NCBI GenBank assembly: GCA_046861645.1
Contig: JBHHUM010000016.1
Coordinates: 1 to 39,094 of the forward strand
Length of the DNA stretch: 39,094 nucleotides
Reading direction: 5' to 3'
From: Fidelibacterota bacterium
GTDB lineage: Bacteria > Fidelibacterota > Marinisomatia > Marinisomatales > UBA2128
The position numbers and the translations under genes were made by a program. The stretch's first letter is position 1, and every line of letters begins with the position of its first letter. Positions 7,600 through 15,100 of the stretch are shown here, piece by piece. The notes below the pieces were generated by a model. It was not told the origin of the DNA. It did not search any database and worked only from the letters and a program-made list of their open reading frames with translations.

Positions 7600-9504
7600 A
7601 TGAACCTAAAAAAAGCAACTGGACTGTTGTTTTTGGCTGTACTTCTTTTAGGAGGTTGTGCGAAAGATAACCAGTCCGCTTCTAACCCTTACCAGAGGGC
7701 ATATCCGATGCCCCATCAATACTGGCAGGCGAACGATGAGTTCTATGTGTTTACCAGCGGTGGTCAACAGGGAGGGCTCTATGTGTATAGTATCCCATCG
7801 ATGAAATTCCTGCAGGAAATCCCAATTTTTGAACCAACGGCAGCAACCGGTTGGACTACGGCGAATCCTGAAGTGAAAAAGATGTTGACCAATCCAAGAA
7901 CTGGCGAGGTCCTACTTCACGGAGACACTCATCATCCAGCCATTAGCAAAACAGATGGTGTTTACGATGGTCGATGGCTATTTATCAATGATAAGACAAA
8001 CGCCCGTGTCGCTCGTGTTGACCTCTCCATCTTCAAACCCGTAGAAGTTCTCTGGGTACCTAATGTAACAGGTGGAATGCATGGTGCCCATGTCGGTCCG
8101 AATACAGACTTACTGATTGCCAATATAGAGTTGGAACAGTACCCAGTAAAGAAAATCCGGGACTATCTGAAAGTACCTATCGACAAGATGAAAGGACCCT
8201 ATGTTTCCTGTCTGGCAGGATTGGATATTGCAGATAATGGCAGTATGTCAAATGCTTTCCAGGTGTGGGGTCCCTGGCAATTTGATATGGTTCGTGTGGG
8301 CTGGGGAGAAATGGATGGTTGGCTGGTGAATACCGCTTACAATACGGAGCGCTCTACAAACGTTGTCGGGATGTTTGAAAGACCAGAAGATTACCTCTTC
8401 TTCTGGAATATTGAGAGCATCAGGCAAGCAGTAAAGGATGGGAAATATATCACTACCAAGGAAGCTCCAGATGTGCCTGTTGTGGCCTGGAGAGATGTGG
8501 AGGTCTATGCCATCCCTTGTCCATTAAATCCTCATGGAGTAGATATTTCACCGACAGGTACGTATGCTCTCTCCAGTGGAAAGGCGACTACTCTTGTTCG
8601 GGCTTACGACTTCAGAAAAGTAAAACAGGCCATTGCTCAGAAAAGGTTTTCTGGTGAGGAGTTTGGAGTCAAAATCATAGATAAGACATTCGTATCTGTG
8701 GATATTGATGCTGGTCTGGGCCCAACTCACATTGAATACGACAACAAAGGATTCGCATACGTTGGATTCTTTGTGGACTCAGATGTAAAGAAGATTACTT
8801 TAGGTGATCCCTACACTGAGAAGCACGGGATGGAACCATGGCAGGTTGTAGATGTAATACCTGCCCACTATTCTGTGGGACACTTATTGGTGCCGGGTGG
8901 CGATACAGCTTCTCCGTATGGTAAGTATCTGGTAATCATGAATAAGCTTACTAAGGATACTTTTCTCCCTCACGGTCCCATGATTGCCGAAAACCATGAG
9001 TTGTTTTCCATTGAGGAGATGCCAGCACTGATGATTGATCAGATGCCCATTCCACCGGAACCACACTATTCTCAGGCCATCCCTGTTGACCTACTGAAAC
9101 CGATGATTACAACAGTTTATTCCCAAGCGGGAGACTTTGGACAGCCCGGAGTAGAATACGACTACAAGCATAAGGAAGTTCGTGTCAAGATGAGCGCTGT
9201 AAGATCCTTTTTTACACCAGACTGGTTTACCGTGCCAAGTGGCTGGAATGTGAAGATGGAAATTGCCAATGTTGAGGAAGCCCTTGATATCACTCACGGA
9301 ATCGCCTTTACAGGTGGTCATGACGTCATGGAATCTCTGGATCCTGGAGAAATTAAGACCCTAGAACTGAAAGCTGATCATGAGGGGGTCTATTGGTATT
9401 ATTGTCTGTGGTTTTGCAGTGAACTGCATATGGAGATGCGTGGCAGAATGATAGTGATTCCAGCAAACCGTTGGGACAAGAGTAAAGAATGGCAGCCAGC
9501 ATAA
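7600..9504 (+). CDS. nosZ: Nitrous oxide reductase NosZ-family enzyme, Sec-dependent lipoprotein (clade II-like, divergent)
   Basis: LGGC lipobox, no twin-Arg; CuZ His motifs DTHH, GMHG, NPHG, GPTH, VGH, EPHY; catalytic-Lys region MNKLTKD; CuA THG...CLWFCSELHMEM; YDGRWLFINDK.NARVAR. Confidence 0.9.
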   Translation: MNLKKATGLLFLAVLLLGGCAKDNQSASNPYQRAYPMPHQYWQANDEFYVFTSGGQQGGLYVYSIPSMKFLQEIPIFEPTAATGWTTANPEVKKMLTNPRTGEVLLHGDTHHPAISKTDGVYDGRWLFINDKTNARVARVDLSIFKPVEVLWVPNVTGGMHGAHVGPNTDLLIANIELEQYPVKKIRDYLKVPIDKMKGPYVSCLAGLDIADNGSMSNAFQVWGPWQFDMVRVGWGEMDGWLVNTAYNTERSTNVVGMFERPEDYLFFWNIESIRQAVKDGKYITTKEAPDVPVVAWRDVEVYAIPCPLNPHGVDISPTGTYALSSGKATTLVRAYDFRKVKQAIAQKRFSGEEFGVKIIDKTFVSVDIDAGLGPTHIEYDNKGFAYVGFFVDSDVKKITLGDPYTEKHGMEPWQVVDVIPAHYSVGHLLVPGGDTASPYGKYLVIMNKLTKDTFLPHGPMIAENHELFSIEEMPALMIDQMPIPPEPHYSQAIPVDLLKPMITTVYSQAGDFGQPGVEYDYKHKEVRVKMSAVRSFFTPDWFTVPSGWNVKMEIANVEEALDITHGIAFTGGHDVMESLDPGEIKTLELKADHEGVYWYYCLWFCSELHMEMRGRMIVIPANRWDKSKEWQPA

Positions 9505-9541
9505 GTGAGAACCCTCTGATTCTTCCTATCACGCTGGGAGC

Positions 9542-9597
9542 AGTGCAGACGGTCACTCGAGGATGTATTATCTTCGAGTGACCACTTCGTCTGCATT
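9542..9597 (+). other. Strong intra-operonic stem-loop after nosZ (no U-tract)
   Basis: GGTCACTCGAGGAT/ATCTTCGAGTGACC inner stem nested in AGTGCAGAC/GTCTGCATT. Confidence 0.7.
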
Positions 9598-9612
9598 ACG
9601 GGGAGATCAACA

Positions 9613-11076
9613 GTGATCCGCACTAAATATCATGACTATAGGCTGATTCTGGGGATATTAATTCTCTTTACCTTTACTACAGTTTCCGGGCATGAGAGAA
9701 TTAATTTTGAGATTCACTATACAGCTAAAGTATTTAACCTACCCCAATCCGCCCAGAGGGTGAGGATTTGGATTCCATACCCTCAGAGTGACGAATATCA
9801 GCAAATTTATAACATCAAATTATTTTCGAAATATCCAACCTATATTCATTCTGATGATGAGTTTGGTAATAGTCTTTTATACTTGGAAATCGAAAATCCA
9901 ATAGAAAAGGAAATCGAAGTCAGTATGAATATTCTGGCTTCAAGGGTGGATGTGTTGAATCACATTGTAGATGACTTGGTGGGGGAATTAAGTGCTCAGG
10001 AGATACGGGAATTTGAACAATATTTCCGTTCCAATTTGGATAGTAAGGAGCAGAAGCAAGTACAGGAAATAGTAGATAATTTCATTGATAGAAACGCTCC
10101 TTATATTCAAAAGGTACGGGCGCTTTACAATTATGTCTATAACAACATGGACTATCGGAAAGATGTTCCTGGTTACGGCAAGGGAGATGTAGGTAGAGCT
10201 TGCAAAGTGGGCAGTGGAAACTGTATAGATTTTCACTCTCTGTTTGTAAGTCTTGCTCAGGAAGCAGGTGTTGTGGCCACTGAAGTTGGCAACATTGACC
10301 TGCCATTTGAAGAAGGGGTACCGAACTATTGTGCAGCGAACTATCACTGTAATGTGGAAGTATATCTACCCAATTATGGCTGGATTCCTCTGGATATTTC
10401 ACACGCCAAAAAAGGGAAAGGAAGTAAAGACTTTTATTTTGGTTCCCTGGATAATTTGAGACTTAAACTCGGCCGCGGTAGACAGATCAAGCTCAGTCCA
10501 GAGCAAGAAGGGAGAAGAATTGACCGCCTTCTCCACAAACCCTATGTAGAAATTGATGGTGTTGTATTTGAAGACGTCGAGGTGAGTGTATTAGCAGCGA
10601 CCTACGATAAAGGTGACAGACTTAATCGACGTCCTCATCTAATTGCTAAGGGGGAAGCTGCAGTGCCATTCAGTTGGCTCGACGTTGAGGGTACGGTATT
10701 TAATATGGCTGAGTTTTTAGGAAAAAAACCGATGGTGATTAATTTCTTTTCTACTTGGTGTGGAAGGTGTGTGTGGGAAACAGAAGGATTAAACAAAGCC
10801 AGCTATGATTTCAGCCAGATAAAGTTTGTTCGTATTAACTTAATGGAGGACAGTGAGAAAGTTTTTCAGTTTGCTCAAGAGAAACAAATTCCTTATCCTG
10901 TACTTGCCGACGAAAAAGGTGAATTAGCAAGATTATATGGTATCAAGTATGTACCGACCAATATTATCATTGATGCCAATGGTAAGGTCTTTTATTCTGG
11001 AGGACTCCAATCAGAAGAAGAGTTAAGGAATCGTTTGAAACATGTTACAGCAAACCATTTCGCGACTAAAGAGTGA
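9613..11076 (+). CDS. Exported transglutaminase-like domain protein fused to a C-terminal TlpA/redoxin domain
   Basis: Signal peptide; GNCIDFHSLF (Cys), YHC (His), WIPLD (Asp) triad; C-terminal INFFSTWCGRC...YGIKYVPT thioredoxin-like motif. Confidence 0.8.
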   Translation: MIRTKYHDYRLILGILILFTFTTVSGHERINFEIHYTAKVFNLPQSAQRVRIWIPYPQSDEYQQIYNIKLFSKYPTYIHSDDEFGNSLLYLEIENPIEKEIEVSMNILASRVDVLNHIVDDLVGELSAQEIREFEQYFRSNLDSKEQKQVQEIVDNFIDRNAPYIQKVRALYNYVYNNMDYRKDVPGYGKGDVGRACKVGSGNCIDFHSLFVSLAQEAGVVATEVGNIDLPFEEGVPNYCAANYHCNVEVYLPNYGWIPLDISHAKKGKGSKDFYFGSLDNLRLKLGRGRQIKLSPEQEGRRIDRLLHKPYVEIDGVVFEDVEVSVLAATYDKGDRLNRRPHLIAKGEAAVPFSWLDVEGTVFNMAEFLGKKPMVINFFSTWCGRCVWETEGLNKASYDFSQIKFVRINLMEDSEKVFQFAQEKQIPYPVLADEKGELARLYGIKYVPTNIIIDANGKVFYSGGLQSEEELRNRLKHVTANHFATKE

Positions 11077-11636
11077 AAAAGAAATTATTGTTCCTGATTT
11101 CAGGTGGTTTAATCATCTGCTCAACATTTTTACCGTATTTGATTATAGTTTTTACCTCTCCTCAATATCCTGATAGAAATCCGAAGATGTACCTCTATGT
11201 TGATAGACTTGAGGGTGATATGCAAGAGTGGGAACATATGGGGTGGTATATTGGAATCGACGTTACACCTGATCTTCCCGAACTTGAAAACAACACCTTT
11301 CTGGATATATTAATTATTTTGGGTTTGCTTGTCGTCATAACAGCATTTTTAAACAACAGGTTGAAAAAGGCTGCAAGTATTTTACTCCTTACTTGTGGTT
11401 TGGTGATGGCAGGATGGGCACAATACAGGTTATATCTTCAGGGGCACGATTTGGACCCCAAGGCACCCATGCGTTTTGTAGTAAAGCCGTTTACCCCGCC
11501 CTTAATTGGAGTAACTAAGGTGAGTAAAATAAGAATATATCATCTGCCACATTTGGGTTCATTGCTATTTATACTGGGTGCAGGTATTATTTTCTACACA
11601 GCTTGGTGGAAAAAGGATGAATTAAATCAAATGTAA
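11073..11636 (+). CDS. nosB: NosB-like four-TM membrane protein of clade II nos clusters
   Basis: PQYP, GD..E.....YIG, GHDLDPKAP, PPLIG and P..G motifs; downstream of nosZ. Confidence 0.75.
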   Translation: MKKKLLFLISGGLIICSTFLPYLIIVFTSPQYPDRNPKMYLYVDRLEGDMQEWEHMGWYIGIDVTPDLPELENNTFLDILIILGLLVVITAFLNNRLKKAASILLLTCGLVMAGWAQYRLYLQGHDLDPKAPMRFVVKPFTPPLIGVTKVSKIRIYHLPHLGSLLFILGAGIIFYTAWWKKDELNQM

Positions 11637-11706
11637 AAGTAAATCATTTGATTCGTTTTTATCATCTCTCCGAAGATACTCAAAACATAATTTTTATTAA
11701 ATCTAA

Positions 11707-12285
11707 TCATATAGAAGTGACTGGAGTAAATTTACAATACCCAATTTTATCCGATTCTTCCTTCATTGTACTCCAAGTAGAGGGGTCATCTATTACTTTC
11801 AATGCAGCGGGATAGAGCACTTCATTTTCCTTTTTGATATGGGTCCGAAGAATGCGGGCAATTCCTCTGGCATAGAAACCCATTTTACCCAGCATTTCAT
11901 TCCAGTTTTCTTCTATGGCCGCATTGGCGGATGATATCAAACCTTCCTTGTAAAGCTGTAAGGTTTCATGTTCTGAGCGCATGACGTTGGGTGGCCCTAG
12001 GATTCCTCTTTTCTCAATTTCAGGGAATAGAATCTCTTCTTCCCGTTTATGGTGAGATTCAACATCGTGCATAGTCTGAGCCAGTTCTTTCATTTCTTTA
12101 AGTATATCATATTGTTCCGAAAGTGGATGGTAGGGATCCAGAGAATTGGCTAATTCTTCTAGACGATTGAGATAGCTTAGAATAATAATATGTTCCTCGG
12201 CAAGAATTTTTAAGGCGTGCCCATGAGGGAGAGCAGCAAATTGCTTATTCAGTTTATGGGAAGATTCTCTATCAGTTGGGTTCAT
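11707..12285 (-). CDS. Hemerythrin/HHE cation-binding domain protein (DUF438-like)
   Basis: EEH, HHKREEEILFP, GPPNVMRSEH, HIKKENEVLYP, IGYC motifs. Confidence 0.82.
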   Translation of the reverse strand: MNPTDRESSHKLNKQFAALPHGHALKILAEEHIIILSYLNRLEELANSLDPYHPLSEQYDILKEMKELAQTMHDVESHHKREEEILFPEIEKRGILGPPNVMRSEHETLQLYKEGLISSANAAIEENWNEMLGKMGFYARGIARILRTHIKKENEVLYPAALKVIDDPSTWSTMKEESDKIGYCKFTPVTSI

Positions 12286-12712
12286 TTATTACTCGCTTAT
12301 TTTGTGCTTTGTCATTATTCATTATGTGCTCGATAGTTGTCCCTTTAAAGAATTTTATCATCTGGTTTTGAATAGGATTCCATTTGGCATGTACCTGACA
12401 AGGATCTGCGGTACAACATTTTTTTAACCGGATGAGACATTCCGTGAATATTTTATCACTCTCTATAATAGAGACAATATCATAGAGACTTATTGATTCG
12501 GGTGCTATGGCCAAAGCTACTCCACCCAGTGGGCCTCGGGATGACTTTAGTATACCCTCTTCAGTCAGTTTATGAGATATTTTGCTGAGATAATGAAAGG
12601 GTAGACCGGTTTCATCAGCAATCCGGTTCAACCGGTAAAACTTATTACGATCTTTACTGTAGAGGGAGAGCAGAAGTTCTATGGCATATTCCGTGGAGCG
12701 AGTCAGGATCAT
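12272..12712 (-). CDS. Rrf2-family transcriptional regulator (paralogue 3)
   Basis: TRSTEYAI, SSRGPLGGV.LA, CLIRLKKCCTADPCQVH. Confidence 0.9.
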   Translation of the reverse strand: MILTRSTEYAIELLLSLYSKDRNKFYRLNRIADETGLPFHYLSKISHKLTEEGILKSSRGPLGGVALAIAPESISLYDIVSIIESDKIFTECLIRLKKCCTADPCQVHAKWNPIQNQMIKFFKGTTIEHIMNNDKAQNKRVINEPN

Positions 12713-12893
12713 GTTAAAGTATTTGTTAATTCAATGTGATATAGATACAGTCTACAGCAGTTTGCTTTATTCGATTTGTAAAGGAAAATAGAGTGGGAAT
12801 AGGAATTAACATTTCAGGACACCAATTGACTTTGAAGGTTTCTTGTCCTCTTTTAGTGGTGTAATGATTGAAGAAAGTGTTACTGCAATTCCC

Positions 12894-12963
12894 GATCTGT
12901 TTATCCTCTTTCTAAATTAAGTAATCCCCATTGTGTTGTCAAGTACTTTCCGACATTTATATC
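12894..12963 (-). promoter_or_regulatory. Promoter of rrf2-3/hemerythrin with two putative Rrf2 operators
   Basis: Minus strand TTGACA(12942-12937)-N17-TAATTT(12919-12914); GAT-AAACAG-ATC at 12905-12894 and GAT-ATAAAT-GTC at 12963-12952. Confidence 0.6.
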
Positions 12964-13238
12964 CAAATTCTATATTTATGGTGAACAAATCCTTTAGGGA
13001 AATGCTTCGGAAAATGTACATGGTTGGATAAAAAATCCTGTAAAACCTCGGCAAATGACCATTCTTTAGATTAGTATCACCCCCCTCTGCAGAGGGAATA
13101 AAAGGGTCAATAGTGAGTTAATCATTCTCTATTGCACTTAATTAGAGATCACAGTAGATCAGATTTATCAGATTTCAAACTTGAAAAGTAGCGTTAGTAG
13201 GATAAATACTGGGAGATTAAAAGCAACCTAATTATCAA

Positions 13239-13850
13239 TCACTCTTCCACGACGAATCTACCCTTAATTTTCTTTCCCAATCCCAGAACCAGTTCATCTC
13301 CCCCGTGAAGTGAGCCTACTCCGCTGGGCGTTCCTGTGTAGATAAGGTCACCGACTATGAGGGGCAGACGGCTCGAGAAGTAGGCAATGAGTGTTGGGAC
13401 ATCGAACACCATCTGATCCATATTGCCCCGCTGGACTTCTTTACCGTTGAGTGTAAGCCAGAAGTCATGGCTCCAGGCGCTCAAGTCCAGTTGCTCGAAC
13501 TGGGTGATGACCGCTGAGCCGAGGAATGATTTGGCGAGGAACCATGGCAAACGTTTCTCCTTTAATTTCTGCTGCAAGGGACGGTCTGTAAGATCGAGCC
13601 CAAGACAGAGACCGTCCACATGATGCCATGCTTCTTTCACGGGGATATTGCTGCCACCTTTACCAATGGAAGCCACAATTTCCAGTTCGTAGTGGATTTC
13701 TCGACTTTGAGGAAGTTTGATTACAGGATCAGCAGAGAGGCAAACAGATGACTTCTGGAAGAAGATAGGTTCGTCCAAAATCTGGTTCCCCATCTCCTGA
13801 GCGTGAGCAATGTAGTTACGTCCCACGGCGTAAATGTTTGCTGTTTTTAT
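13239..13850 (-). CDS. Fumarylacetoacetate hydrolase family protein
   Basis: IYAVGRNY..HA.E, EP.FF.K, HYELE, GLDLT.R..Q, PWFLAKSF, GDLIYTGTPSGVG; start probably ATA at 13850, not GTG at 13826. Confidence 0.88.
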   Translation of the reverse strand: MKTANIYAVGRNYIAHAQEMGNQILDEPIFFQKSSVCLSADPVIKLPQSREIHYELEIVASIGKGGSNIPVKEAWHHVDGLCLGLDLTDRPLQQKLKEKRLPWFLAKSFLGSAVITQFEQLDLSAWSHDFWLTLNGKEVQRGNMDQMVFDVPTLIAYFSSRLPLIVGDLIYTGTPSGVGSLHGGDELVLGLGKKIKGRFVVEE

Positions 13851-15100
13851 GTCTTTCTTTCCTTTTTTCTTGCCGCCGGAAAGAGGATGTTGTTCAAAAT
13901 CAAACGGTAACCAGGTGAATTGCGGTGGAGGGAGAGATCAGTAGGAGGATCCCCCACGAAGTGTTGATAATCCTCTGGATCATGTCCTCCCAAGAAAGTG
14001 AAAGTTCCATTCCCGAAGTTGCCATGAATATATTTTACCTGCGGTTCTCCTTCCACTTCGCCCAAAATGACAACGTGTTTTTTGATTAAATCTCTACGGA
14101 ATCCTGTGGTTTGTCCCATAAATCCGGAGATAATACCCACGTGATCTTGCGTCAGCATGGTGGGAACGGGATCGTACTTGGCGGAAAATTCGAACAGGGT
14201 AAAGTAGTCCACTTCGGGTCCTCTCAGAACCGGATTATGACTGGGAGGAAAGTCGATATCGGAAAATTCATATACAAAAGGGTCAGTAATAAGGGTAAAG
14301 TTTTCAAAAGCGAGGGAGAATTCATAGTTAAGAAGCTGCTGAAAGTCAGGCTCTGTGGGAGTACCGTCAAAAATACTTTCCACGATGTCCACATCACGTG
14401 TTGCTAAAGCAATGTCCCAGGAATCAGTAGCGGAGCACATGGCAAAGATGAAACCACCAGTACCTACGTAATCCCTGATCTTCCAAGCTACTGCTTTCTT
14501 CTCTTCAGAAACAGTGGTGAAGCCCAAACGATGTGCCATGTCTTCGAACTCTGCTTGCTGCTGCTTATACCAGGAAGCGTTGTGATAGCTACGGTAGAAC
14601 TTACCATATTGACCCGTAAAATCTTCATGATGAAGATGCAACCAATCATATTTCTCTAAACGACCCAAAAGTACTTCTTCGTCCCAAAGAGTTTCGTAGT
14701 CCACCTCGGCATAGGTGAGAGCCAGCGTGACCGCATCATCCCAGGGTTGCTTGTTGGGGGGAGTATAGATGGCAATTTTAGGTGCTTTCTCCAGCAGGAT
14801 CACTTCCATGTTGTTGACATCAATCTCGCCGTAAATGTCCACCACATCTCCATCGGAAACAATTTCGGTTGAAACCCCACGAATACGGCACTCCTGTTCA
14901 GCCCTGGGATAGTAATCGATTAAAAAAGACCCCCCTCGATAATTCAGCAACCACTCCACATTAACATCCTGTTTCAACACCCAGTAAGCGATGCCGTACG
15001 CCTTGAGATGGTCTTTTTGCGTAAGGTCCATGGGGATGAGGATCTTTTCTGCTATTAAGAACTGTGCTGATAAAATCAGGGTAAGGGGTAGCTTCCTCAA
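13847..15100 (-). CDS. Conserved exported FCB-group protein of unknown function (family often labelled 'asparagine synthetase B')
   Basis: HLKAYG.AYW.L, WLLNYRGGSF, QPWDDAVTL.LTYAE, DWLHLHHEDFTGQYGKFY, GGHDPEDY.H.VGDP; family recognised from memory; no AsnB motifs. Confidence 0.75.
   Translation of the reverse strand: MRKLPLTLILSAQFLIAEKILIPMDLTQKDHLKAYGIAYWVLKQDVNVEWLLNYRGGSFLIDYYPRAEQECRIRGVSTEIVSDGDVVDIYGEIDVNNMEVILLEKAPKIAIYTPPNKQPWDDAVTLALTYAEVDYETLWDEEVLLGRLEKYDWLHLHHEDFTGQYGKFYRSYHNASWYKQQQAEFEDMAHRLGFTTVSEEKKAVAWKIRDYVGTGGFIFAMCSATDSWDIALATRDVDIVESIFDGTPTEPDFQQLLNYEFSLAFENFTLITDPFVYEFSDIDFPPSHNPVLRGPEVDYFTLFEFSAKYDPVPTMLTQDHVGIISGFMGQTTGFRRDLIKKHVVILGEVEGEPQVKYIHGNFGNGTFTFLGGHDPEDYQHFVGDPPTDLSLHRNSPGYRLILNNILFPAARKKERKT

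Noticed and set aside
7600..9504. Possible Tat-dependent clade I NosZ or cytochrome-fused cNosZ
   Set aside because: No RRxFL signal and no CxxCH; a Sec lipobox is present instead.
13078..13110. CCCCCCTCTGCAGAGGG small palindrome
   Set aside because: Short single copy; may be a repeat relic or terminator, but cannot be supported.
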